Assembly: GCA_036172245.1 (NCBI GenBank)
Contig: JAYWIR010000002.1
Location: 4,650,001 to 4,714,000, forward strand
From: Raillietiella orientalis
Lineage: Eukaryota
DNA: 64,000 bases
Direction: 5' to 3'
Position numbers and translations under genes: made by a program. Shown here in pieces: positions 1-10,955 of the stretch (position 1 is its first letter; each line of letters begins with the position of its first letter). A model generated the notes under the pieces. It was not told the origin of the DNA and did no database searches. It saw only the letters and a program-made list of their open reading frames with translations.

Positions 1-1030
1 TACATTCTTCGTGGTAGGACCGTTGGTTCTACCACGTGCATTATACCCGCCGAAGAGCAGTGCGCAGACCAGAGAGGTCCGCTTCGGCAGCGTCGGGGAA
101 GGGAACAAAAACAAAAAAATTAAACAAGCAAAACAGGGGAGGGGTAATTTTACACGGGGTGGGAGAAGGGATCAAGGAAGGGATCACGGTACGCTGCCAG
201 GCTTGTTCTGCATCCTGTTCAGGATGCTGGCAAGTTCCGTCCGTGTAGCGCCCAGGTGGGGCCACCACGAAGCGGTCTTCAGGAAGATCCACACCTAGTG
301 GATGGCGTCCCTGACATTTTGGTCTCTTCTTCTGGCATTTCAACCAGTCGCGATCCCTCAAGAACAGCGGAGAACTGAGAGGGGCGCGGCTGGTGGCAGT
401 GCAACACCACGCACGAAAAGGCTTCTGAAAATGGCCCTGGAGCTGCTAGCCGAAAATCCGAGGGTCGTCGCGAGGCGATCCCAAAGGGGTCGGAGGGCAG
501 CACAGTCCAACAGAAGATGCGGGAGTGTCTCCTTCTTCCCACACCTGTCGCACTGAGCGTCCACGCTCCCCCCATGTCCAGTGGTGGAGGCGCTCTTCTC
601 ATGGGATTCCCCCATGCAACACCAGCAACGCCGACTCCTGCCACTCGAAGGGGAGGGCGCCGCTGTTCCAGCACGCTGGGAGCCACTTCACCTCTTCAGA
701 AAGGGTTTCGAGCAGCTCTTCCCAGCGTACAAGTCCGTGGGGTGGGACACTTGGGATCGCAGCGTCCGTCACTTCCCGAGTTCTCCACGCCCCCAGAAGC
801 TTCCTCTTTGCTCCTATGCAGCAAGTCACTTCCCCACCTTTCCGGGATTACGCTGTCCCTTGCGTCCCTTAGGGAGGACAGCACTGGGGGAAGGGGGAGA
901 CGAGACCTATCGCATCTTCTGCGGTCGTGGACGATCTCCTCCAACGACATGCGAGAGTTGACGCCTCGCTGCAGGCAGGCTCGCCCCGCATAGCTCGCGC
1001 CGTGGATCCCTCCCATGAGAAGACATGATG
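1..1030 (-). mobile_element. Tx1/L1-clade LINE 3' fragment (family B): zf-RVT region plus 3' UTR, 5'-truncated
   Basis: Minus-strand translation gives CDRCGKKETLPHLLLDCAALRPLW (zf-RVT CCHC motif) and LPFEWQESALL, homologous to the end of the 1545-6520 LINE. Bases 1-785 are nearly identical to 62017-62800. Confidence 0.85.
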
Positions 1031-1034
1031 ACCT

Positions 1035-1540
1035 TTAGAGACGTTTTGGGGTTCTGTTTCGCTGTTCGCCTTTCAGCTTTTCTTTTTTGGTTCGCCAAGT
1101 GCTAAAGGACTGTTCGTTTCCTTGAGGGAGGCTCTTTGAACACTGCTCCACCCCTATTGCCCGAGAACTTCCCCGAGGGTGCGTGTAACTCTTCAAGTTA
1201 TAAGAGTTGACTCCGGAGGAGACCACCCTATGGATCCAGAACGGCTCCGGAAGGAAGAGTGCTTTCCTATTACGCTTGATGAGGGAATCGCGAAGGGAGT
1301 CTCTTCCTTATTCTCTATGGAGGGACCCCCGAAAAGTACAGCTCCTTGTTTCCTCCTCCCGGAGAGAATCCCGAAGGGACGCTGCCGAATTTCTCTGATG
1401 GGGCAGCGAAGCTTCTTCTCACTCTGGAGAGGCAACTCCCGAAGGGGGATATGAACTAGCTCCATGCTACGCGATGAAGGGTTCTCCCCCGAGCGGGGGG
1501 ACGGTCGTATTTTCACAAACGGAGGGGAACCCCCAAGGGC
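1035..1540 (-). repeat. RepA SINE-like repeat, body/3' part (copy a; head displaced to 6521-6695 by a LINE insertion)
   Basis: Aligns by eye, same strand, with 62850-63430 (e.g. CTCTTCAAGTT..CCGGAGG.ACCACC.TATG.ATCCAG) and as reverse complement with 20560-20950 and 36910-37265. Confidence 0.75.
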
Positions 1541-1544
1541 TTTT

Positions 1545-2032
1545 TGAAGTCGTTGATCTTTTTGATCTCAGCAATCGTTGGGTCTGCAAGCAGCCCAACG
1601 ATTGCTGAGGACCCCGGTGCGATGGGCAGCAGGAGGCTCCTCCCGATCACGGTGGACCGATCGATAGTGGTCCACCTTCTGGAAATAACGTTGCGGATGA
1701 CCAAGGAGGACGTCCGCAACGAACTTGCCAAATATTGTACGGTCCACGCGTTGTAGATGAAGGCCCCCCTTCGTGGAACACCGCGAACTTCGGGAGGCCT
1801 CGCGGCAGCGCGAATCACCGTGCGCGAGGGCTGTGGGTTACCCCACAAGCTACAGGTCGCCTGGGAACCGGTAGACCTGTGGTACGTGGGGAAACCGAAA
1901 TATTGCGCTCACTGCAACGCTCCAGCTCACCTCAAAAAGAGGTGTCCAAGTGTGCAGTGCCAGCAGTGCGGTGTGGCCGCAAAGTATCGTCCGCGTCGCG
2001 TCCGCTCGGAATGCCAGAAAGCGCGCGGCTGA
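1545..2032 (+). pseudogene. LINE ORF1 (gag-like, CCHC zinc knuckle), disrupted
   Basis: EDVRNELAKYCTV...LPHKLQVAWEPVDLWYVGKPKYCAHCNAPAHLKKRCPSVQCQQCG contains a C-x2-C-x4-H-x4-C knuckle; in-frame stop at 1754-1756. Confidence 0.8.
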
Positions 2033-2543
2033 GCAGATGAAAAAATTGGCAGCGAAAGCCGCCAAACAAACCGCTACCTCCGCGTCACCAGCTGAGGCTG
2101 CCGTATCGACCTCAGCCTCGAGTGCTGAAGAGGTCGAGGGAGACAGACAGAGCGGATGACAGGTAGTTACCAATAAAAAAGGCCTGAAAAAGGCTGACAA
2201 ACAGAAGCAGATCGCGAGATCTCGGACTCCGACGCAAAAGCCAGGAAAGCATCTTCCGCCGCAGAAGCACCTCGCGGAAGTCTGGACTCCAGTCCAAGAC
2301 TCGTCGGAGGCACATCTCCCTCGTCGAAGGGAAAGAGTTTGCCTCCTGCAGCGAGGGTGCGATGAGCGTGGGCACTCGGGACTCGTAGCCCGAGAACGTC
2401 CCACGCCCCGCCACGGAGGAGATGGAGGGGTAGAAGCTGTTCAGGTACCTCAGGTACCCGCCTTCCCGAAATCCTGCCGCCCGCTCAGGTGGCGGGGGGC
2501 GACACACCGCTTTCCCAGCAGTAATGCCGGGACTCGCTTCTCG

Positions 2544-5500
2544 ATGTCGTCTGCGGATCGCCTGTTGGAATGTCAACGGGCTATGCAACGACGGCAAGAG
2601 GTGGGGCGTGGCCGACATCCTGCGGTCCTTCGATTTGTGCTGCTGCAGGAAATACACGTCATCTCCGCAGCACAAGCACAACAGATCGAGATGATCTCGG
2701 GAGGGCGGCTGCTATGGCGATGCGGCACCTCTCAATCCAGTGGGGTCGCCTACCTGCTTCAGCCGGCGGCTGCAACTGCCGTCCAGGACGTGCGGTTCGA
2801 CAATGCGGGTCGAGTGGGCCAGCTGACCGATTCCATCGACCTGACCGTCACTAACTTGTACGCCCCGAGTGGCACCCACGCGCGGACGGCAAGAAGAGCA
2901 TTCTTCCATGCCCTGAAGCGCGAATGGCTGGCTGACGCTGACGTACGCAAAGCTCATCTGGTGGCAGGTGACTTTAATGTACGCCTGGTGCCAGATGCGC
3001 CGGACACTGAATGAGACCTGGTCAACGAGGTGTGCGCGGCGAAGCAAACCCGCAACTTGGTGGCCGGGGAACCGGATATGGAGACCAGCATCGACCATGT
3101 CTTCCTCGACCAGCATCTCTGCTCACCTGTGGGCAGACGAGGCAAAATGGAGTGGAGCTGTCGGACCATTCCCCCATCGTACTCGAGATCCATCCGCGCG
3201 ACCGGGGTCTACCCTCGGATGCGTGGAGTCTCCCAGGGGACTGAGTGAACCTCCCGGGAACCGCGGAACACCTCCGTGCATTCCTACAGGGTTTCAGGTT
3301 GTAGACTCTCGCAGACTGAAACCGCTTCAAGCTCTCGGTACGAGAGTTCTGCTAGCAGTTTCCTCTGCATCGCCTACCTGCAGGCTTCGGAGACGGTGTC
3401 TGTAACGAGCGGGCGTACCTATACGCCCGCTGCTACAGCAGAACACCCAATATCCGGAAGTTGGCAGAATTCAAAGCGGGAGCCGAGAGGCAAGCCTGGC
3501 AATCCGGGTAGGCCAGCCTGCTGGACGACGAGGGCCGGGAACACTCGGCTCCTGCCCAGGTGAGAAGCATCATACGTAAGTTCTTCTCCTCCCTGTACGC
3601 GAGAGCACCTCCTGACCGGGATTTCGCAAGATTCCTGCTTCCGGAAGGTGCGCCAGCAATCGGGGAGGAGCTCAGCATCCTCGACGAGCCTTTCACGATG
3701 GGCGAGATCATCACCGCCGTCGGAAAGCTCAAGAGGCGCAAGGCTCCAGGGGAGGACGGCCTGCCTGCGGAGTTTTCCAATGCTTCGCGGGAGAGCTGAC
3801 CCCTCTGATACAAAAATTGACCCTGCTGATACGCGAAGCAGGCGACGTTCCCACCTCGTTTCGTTCAGCAAGGGTACGGCTTCTTCCCAATGGAGGAGAC
3901 CTACGGAGCATAAGCAACTGGCGGCCGATTACCGTGGTAAACGCGGACGCCAAGCTGCTAGCGAAAGAAAGCGTAAGTGATGGCAATTACAACTACTTTT
4001 CATACTTAAAATAACTCCTTCCTTCAAATTTTGTACAAGTCTTTCTTGAAAATAACGTTATTGGCAGCACATTGATCTCTTTTTTAATGGGTGGAACTAT
4101 TATCCCACTCCCAAAAGAAAAACAGGATTTATTACATCAAGTGTTTTCTGCACTTTTTGATGCGGTGTTTTGCCACTACTATCTTTAGTACCAACATTAG
4201 ACCCATTATTTATAAGACGCTGCAGATATATCTAAATGACCACCCCAAGAAGCCAAGTGTAGTGGTGTCTCGCCATTTTTATCAGATTCATTAATACTTG
4301 CTCCTTTCATGAGAAAACTTTGTCCTGTGGGCCGAGCGCATGGGGCGGGTGGCAGAAAGCTTCATTATCCCGGAGCAGTCGTATGCTGTTTCCGGGAGGA
4401 GCATGGACGCCAACCTGCTCTGCGCTAGCACCTGGTTCGCGCTCTAACAGGGAAGGGAGATGATGGGCAACCGGAATTCCGAAGCGTCCGTCGACCAGGG
4501 GCCGGAAGGTCGGGCGGGAGTGGGAGCCCTTGCGGTCGCGGTCGATTTGCATAAAGCATTCGGCTGCATCGACCAGAGGCTCCTTCTGGAGCTCCTGGAA
4601 CTCTTGGACTTCCCGGTCTCTATGATGACCTACCTGCGCTCCTGCTGGCGCGACGCGCTGATCAATATCTTTTTCAGAGGACAGACGGTGCATGGCGTGC
4701 CGGTGCGATGCGGCATACGGCAGGGCAACAGCCTGAGCCCCCTGCTCTTTAGCATCTATTTCGAATTGGTGCTGAGGGCACACAGGGAGACTCTGGCTCC
4801 CCACCCACGCGTATGTCCGGCATGCCTGCCATCTCAGCATACGCGGATGATCTGCTGTTGCTCCCCATGTCCACGCCGGCATGCACACTCGACGGTTTCT
4901 TCGAGCTGCTCAGTCGTGGAACGGGTCTGGTGGTGAACAAGGTGAAGTCGTCCGTGGTTCCCGTTGGCGCGTCGTGGCAGTGCGGCCGGACTGGGTTCTC
5001 CTGGGGATCCCCACGGACCGGTACTTAAAGTACCTGGGCGTTCCGTTGAGGAACTTTTGCCCCTCAGAAGCCTGGTCCGGCCGTCTTCAGAAAGCACTGC
5101 AGGCGCTCGGCCCGTTCCAACGAGTCAGGTTCTCCCTGCCGGAGCGGGCCGCGGTATGGAACACGTTTGTGGCTCCCCTCCTCCGCTCCTTTCTTTTTGT
5201 TTGCCCACCATGCAGCATTAGGAAGCGGACAAAGGACCTCCTCAGGATCGCCCTCTGGGGCAAAGGGAGGCTCCGAGTCCGCCTAAGGGACTTCTGTGCT
5301 CCGCACCGGGACGGCGGTCTAGGCCTCCTGACGCGGGAGCGAATGGAGCTGCAGCTCCAGTTTCGAACCCTTGCCCTCTTGGGAAATCTCTGGAGCACCA
5401 CCTGGTGCCAACCTGCACATCTTCTCGTCCAGCAAGCCACCGGCAGCATGGGGTTCGCGTCTTTCCTTGCGCGCCGTCCATGCAGTCTCATCCACGGCGG

Positions 5501-6300
5501 ACTGCACCTGCGGCAGGTGGCCACACTGGCGAAAAAAAACGGATGGATGTCGTGCCGGCCCATGAACGGTAGTGCCTGATTGCAGGAAACCGCCCGCATG
5601 TGGACGAGGATCCAGAAGCCAAAGCGGAACAGGGGCGAGGTTTCTTGTGCGCGCTCAACAACAACTTCACGCTCCGGGAGATCCTGGAAGATCCCGCGAA
5701 GAGTGCACGGGCAAAGGAACCTCCTTCGCCTCTGCGCTACCCTTCCTTAGGCAGCATATGGGCAGCAGCCTCACCGCTCGATGAGAGGTTACTGTAGAAA
5801 TCTCCGGAAGGAGAAGAGGACTGGGCGAGTGGATGACGGGCCAGCTCACTGATGCTGCGACCCCGAGTGTTCGGCCTCGTTGACTTTTGCTCTGGGTCGT
5901 GCTACTGGGTATTCTGGAGGAAGACCTGCAATGGCCCCTGGTGCTCCTGACACCCGCACCCTTCCTTTAAAATGGCAGGAGTCGGCGTTCATGATACTGC
6001 ATTGGGGCCTCGCGTGCAACGCCTGCCGGCATCTTTGGACACGGGGGTGTGTGAACCCAAACTGTGCACTGTGCGGGGAGCAGGAGTCCTTCTTGCACCT
6101 CCTGGTAGACTGTGTTGCCTTCCGACCCCTTTGGGGACTCTTGGCCGCATGGAGCAGCGCCAGAGGCCAGAATGACAGGGACGCCATCCATTTTGCTGTC
6201 CTCTACATGAGGACAGCGTCAAGATGGCCCCATCTGGGAACCATAAAACAGGAACTTTCTGGCATCTTTACAAGGATGCAGAGGACACCATCCAGCTCAC
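2544..6300 (+). pseudogene. LINE ORF2 (APE endonuclease - reverse transcriptase - zf-RVT), frameshifted
   Basis: Motifs across frames. APE: LRIACWNVNGL, LLQEIH, NLYAP, VAGDFN, IDHVF, SDHSPI. RT: KAPGEDGLPAEF, NWRPITVVNADAKLLAK, VDLHKAF, GIRQGNSLSPLLF, YADD, KYLGVP, GGLGL. zf-RVT: CALCGEQESFLHLLVDC. Confidence 0.92.
3967..4321. other. AT-rich foreign insertion inside the LINE RT region
   Basis: RT reads ...DAKLLAK, breaks at ~3967 into AT-rich sequence and resumes at ~4322 with VLWAERMGRVAESFIIPEQSYAVSGR. No TIR or TSD seen. Confidence 0.7.
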
Positions 6301-6520
6301 AGGGATTCCTTCCCTACTCCTCCGGTTTATGTTTTTTGTTTTATGCTTTTTTTCTTTTTGTTTGTCTCTCCTTTCCCTGTGCTGCCGAGGCGAACCCGCT
6401 GGTCTGAGTGCCAGTTCCCGGCAGATTCCTTCTCGTAGTTATAAGTAACATGGCAGGATCAAATGTTCTGGCACAGACATGTAGGTTTAGAAATAAACGC
6501 TCCGGCGTGACCGGGTGTCA

Positions 6521-6695
6521 ACCAGTGGAGCACCCAAAGCCAACCGAGGCCAGCTGGCATCACCCCACGGTAGGGAACCGAGACCCGCGACGCAACCCTC
6601 ATTTCTCGGCGTCTATGCTTCCCTGGGCGAGATTCGAGCCCGCGACGCTCGTCACCACGCGCGGAGACCGCAGCCACACGGCAGCCAGAGAGGGC
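6521..6695 (-). repeat. RepA tRNA-like head (copy a)
   Basis: Minus strand reads TGGCTGCCGTGTGG (A-box-like) ... GGGCTCGAATCTCGCCCAGGG (B-box-like) and continues into sequence shared with 20345-20450, 35505-35613 and 63509-63630. Confidence 0.7.
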
Positions 6696-8399
6696 ATGCA
6701 ACAGGCACCACGCGACTGGGACCTTCCTGATCACATCACGAGTGGCTCAGCTTGCCGCTCATGCAGTGCTTTGATCCTCTGCTCCTGGCGAACTGTGCCA
6801 CACTCTTCATCCACGGCAGCTACCAGCAATAGGAGAGGGAAGGTGGCAGTGGTCACAGTGGCAGCACACTGGGGTTGATGGTGAATGAAGAACTCGAAAC
6901 GCAGCTTGACGTGTATAATCGACAAGGATGGAGATGATGGAGTAGAGAAACAGAATCCCGTGTCCCCCCGGTGCATTGAATGCAAGTGGAACAGATAAGA
7001 TATCCACTGGTAGCCATGGCACGTCGACTTGGAGAGGAGTCGAGCAGGACGCAAAACCTCCTGTGATTCGTCAGAAGGCTTGAGAAAGGCGAAGGTCAGG
7101 GTGGTGACGTGAGGCTGCAGGAAAGACGACGCCAAACTGGTGAAGACGCTGCACCGAGGGACCTCAGTATCCCGGAACTTCTTAGCTTCTTACGCTCCCA
7201 CGTCGGAAGGTTCCCTGCTAGCATGCCTGTCATCGAAAGGTGGGGCCCCTGCCAGGTTGCGCCTGCTTGGAGGTTGTGGCGGAAACTGGCTGCCTAGAGC
7301 TGAGGGAGCCAATTGAGTTCAGGGACACGACAGCGAGCGAAGTCGCAGCTCCGAAGGACGACGCCAACGTCTATGCTTCCTTGTAGAGTGGAAGACTCTC
7401 GAAATGGCCACCGACTCCAACCTGCCTGACGATCTCCAGCGCTCTTCAGCGGCGGTGGTGCAGTCAGCATCGCGGTCGCGCTTGCACACGCGCTTAGTTT
7501 GGTGCGGGCGAACTCCGCGGCTTCTACGTTCCTCCCAGAATCGCTGGCAAACGCATCTGACCTCGGAGCCCCGTCGGCCGGCACCCCTTGCCTTCCAGCA
7601 GCAGCTTTATTCAAGCATGGTGCACATGACCCTGCATCACCTAGTTGAGGAGTCGGGGCACTTCGTTCGACCTTTTCTGAGCCCCAGGAGATAGGCGAGA
7701 ACAGCTCGGCTTCCCGGACGGAGGGACCCGCTTGGCGGCTTCTCCTGCTTCTGGACCTCGGCGCGTGCGTGTCCGGTCAAAGAGGCGGGGCGTCGTCGAA
7801 CAGGCCGTGACAGGAACGGCACCTGAGGCATGACGTCATCACGCACGGATACTGTGGATGCTTCCAAAAGAACGACGTCACGTGAGTCGGTTCGGTCCCC
7901 TGCTTCGTCCTGTTTGCTTCCTTCGGAGCTAAAGAGTTGCACGTACCGATGCTGCCTTTGGTTTAACACGTCTGAGGCATCCTTGGAAGACGTTTTCAGA
8001 AAAAGAAAAAAAAGGAGAGGGGACAGTGGGCAGATTGACCGGTCGCGCTCCGTTGAGCTTGCACCCCGTCCCAGCACGGAACGGGCGATCAGATCGCCTG
8101 CTGTGACCTTGAGAGGCTGCAGGGACGTTGGGATGGTGAAGATGGACGAGCCGGGAGGAGGAAGCGATGCACTTGCACAAGAGCGTTGCCATCAATGCAC
8201 AGGAGGGGAGGGCGACGGCTGGGCAGGGGATGGGAGAGGAGGTCTGGTGGAGACCTGGGCGGAACGAGGTACCGAAAAGCGCTCGCGGGGTTCCTTCGCC
8301 GAAAGCTTTGGCGACACGCGACCGTCGTGTCTACCTTTTGGGGGCCACCGCTCTCGCGTGCGCGGAAACACGGATTCAGGGCATCCCCTCTACCTCGTC

Positions 8400-9200
8400 T
8401 CTTTCCTCAGTCAGGAAGCGACGGGGAGACAAAGTATCCCCAGGGAATGTGCATCTCCCTTAATCACCCACCCGTTCCGCGGCGACCCCCTCGGGAGTCT
8501 CCCCTGCTCCTCGAGCGCGCTGCTCGCCTCTCGCTACAAGGGGGCGGGGACGTCTCGCTCTGCTGGACTCGCTGGAGTGCTCCTGACCTTAGATCCGGGA
8601 TAGATGGCAATCGACTCTCAGTGGTGCCAGAGTCGCTCTTCAGAAGAGCTTGTGGCAACCGTGAGATGCCCGCGCGCAAGCTGCCTCCGGACGGAGACCG
8701 CCTAAGGAGAGGAAGAGAAAGCGCTTGGGACCCGGTCGGGGATGAGGGCGCTCTTTCATGGCCCGTCCGGGAGTCAAGCGGCGGAGGAGAGGGCATGAGC
8801 TGGTTCGCTCCAGAGACCCTCCTTGCACACGCTTCTGCCGCCGGTCTTCTTGCAGCACGAACCCGGGGGAAAGAACTCAAGCCCCCTTCCCCCTGCCCTT
8901 CCGGTCGTCATTCGCTGCCTCGAAGGAACCCTGCAGGAGGTGGAGGAAGTCTCCCCCGCCTGCCTACCTACTTTCCCGGTCTGGCGCGCGGTATCGAGAG
9001 AGTGGCGACCCCGCGACAGGGTGGTCACCTGGGTCTCCTGGCACAGGAGCTCCCTCCCTCCATTTTGGGAGGGGTCGCGCAGCGTTGGACCCAACGAACA
9101 GGGGCCGTCCCAGCGGCGGCCGGCGCGGTCGTTTTGGCGGAGCGGCCGGAGGACGACGTCGACGAGTTCCCGGCGCTCCGAGATCCAGGTCGTGGCCGCT
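8400..9200 (+). mobile_element. Decayed BEL/Pao LTR retrotransposon integrase / DUF5641-like remnant
   Basis: Degenerate motifs MSWFAP, PTFPVWRAVSR (cf. APHFGGLWE) and QRW...ARSFWRSGRRT (cf. RW..Q...FW.RW..EY). Heavily frameshifted. Confidence 0.4.
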
Positions 9201-9499
9201 CCGCTGCTCCCGGCGTCTGCCGGGCGACCGGTTTTCCTTTCGCTCAAGAGGCGTTTCACGCGCGCGCCCTCCCAGCGAGGGAGCCGGGAGCGGCGGAACG
9301 TGAGCGACCCGCGGGTTGCGGACGGGCAGCACCGCCGCCCTGGCGCGCCGGCGCGAAACGCGCGCAGCCGCGGAGCGAGGCGAGAGGACGCAACGCCTCC
9401 GCCTCTTTTCGCGCGAGTGCGGCACGTGCGGACGACGGCGCTGCCCGTCCGCGTCGTCTCCGCTGCGCGTCGGGACGCTTTCGTCCCCCGCGCAGAAGC

Positions 9500-10020
9500 T
9501 TCACCGGTACGTACGGCGCCACGCTCGCGGCGGACGCGCACACGTGAGCGTCCGGTTCCGCATGCGCGTATACGCGTATCCGTTCTGCATGCGTACATGA
9601 GCGGCACGAAAAACGAACGTGCACATTCATCCGCACGCTCGTGTGGGATGTGCGCAAGGAGGAACGCGCATTCGTATACACCGCACGCGTGTGTGCGCAT
9701 GCGCTGTGTGGATTCGCGTTCGCGCTGTGCCGATGTGCGGAGGCACAGCATGCGGTGGTGGAACGCGTCGGGCGCCGAATCCACACGCTCAAGCTCGCGT
9801 TTGATACGTGAGCCTCCACGAGTGAGGACGCGAAGGAGCATGCGGGTCGGGTGCGCAGCGGGCGCCATCGGGACACAGCACGAGCACACGGGAAGGAACG
9901 CGGCGCCAAGGAGGTGACCCTTCCCTCTCCTCCCTATCCATCTGCTGGAGGTTTCCATGGCGACCGCGCGTCGCGCCTGCGTGCGCCTCGCCTCTCCTTC
10001 CCACCCTCCGGGAATCTCAC
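9500..10020. repeat. Putative GC-shifted copy of the AT-rich foldback/MITE internal repeat
   Basis: Alternating purine/pyrimidine tract. 9605-9630 matches 40830-40855 at 25/26 positions in R/Y space. Possible TIR relic CCTCCGGGAATCTCA near 10005-10019. Confidence 0.35.
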
Positions 10021-10614
10021 GGAAGAGGCGCGGACCTACCGGGGTCGAGAGGAGCGTCCCCACCTCTTTCCCATCCGGTGCTACCCTCTTCCTCTGTCCA
10101 CCGCCTCACGGCGCCCCGCTACCAACTGCAGCACGTTCTCCCTGCCGTCACGCGGGGCAGGGCGACCCCCTTCCGTCCTCAGGGGACCTTCATCCCGCTC
10201 CCACTGCCTGCCCTGGAGATCACGAAAGGAGGAGGAAGAGGAGAGGAAGACACGAGGGCTCGAGTTCCCCCCCCCCTTTCCCCCCTCCCACGCGCCGCGC
10301 CGCCTTCCGTCGGCCTCCCGCGGCCGCTCCGCTGTAGCTTGGCCGCCGCCGCCGCCGCCGCGCGCGCGGTTTCCTTGGGCACGGGGCGCGGCGCGTCCTC
10401 CGAGAGGCGCGCCCGGCCGACGGGCGGGAAAAAAATTCGAGCCCCGAGGCGTCCCGGGCGTTTCTTCCGCCTAGGTGGTTCCGATCGGAGGCTGCCGCGA
10501 CGATCAGTCCGCCCCCGACGGATGAAAGCGAGTGGTGGCGTCCTCTGCGCGGAGCGTCTGCCTCGGCAACCGCATTCCAGGGATCGTCGCCGCTCCGGCA
10601 AAGCCCGGAGGAGG

Positions 10615-10955
10615 AAGCGCGCGGGGACCGCGGCCCCTCCCCAGGAAGAGGACAGCGAGCCGGGAAAAGGTAACCAGACAACGCAAGCCGCGCAGGAAGG
10701 GAGAGAGGGAAGGAGGACGAGGACGAGCTCTTGCTCTCCCCACCTGCTTCTCCGGGAGGTAGGCGGCGGGATGCTGGGGTGAGGGGGTGGGAGTGGACTG
10801 CGGCGCGCCGTCGTTGCGTCGGGGAGGGTTCCCCGGGGGGAATCACCCGGAAAGATTCGAAAGAGGAGGGAGGGGTGGTGAAACCTCCCGAGCACGCGCG
10901 CGGAGGGTCGTGAGGGTCGTCTCGTCGGCTGCCGAAACGAAGAAAGGAGGAAGGT
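10615..10955. repeat. Interspersed repeat, copy 1 (direct repeat with 13068-13375)
   Basis: Shares collinear blocks GGAAAAGGTAACCAG, CCCCACCTGCTT, TCGGGGAGGGTTCCC, GCACGCGCGCGGA and CGGCTGCCGAAACGAAGA with copy 2. Confidence 0.8.

Larger units (their letters stand above)
1545..6520 (+). mobile_element. Tx1/L1-clade non-LTR retrotransposon (family A), near full-length, disabled
   Basis: ORF1 with a zinc knuckle is followed by ORF2 with APE endonuclease, RT and zf-RVT motifs in the canonical order. T-rich 3' UTR; AATAAA at 6492-6497. Multiple stops and frameshifts. Confidence 0.92.

Noticed and set aside
8186-10063. Long overlapping ORFs (453, 429 and 364 aa)
   Set aside because: Arg/Ala/Gly/Pro-rich and open in several frames on both strands; explained by stop-codon scarcity in GC-rich DNA.
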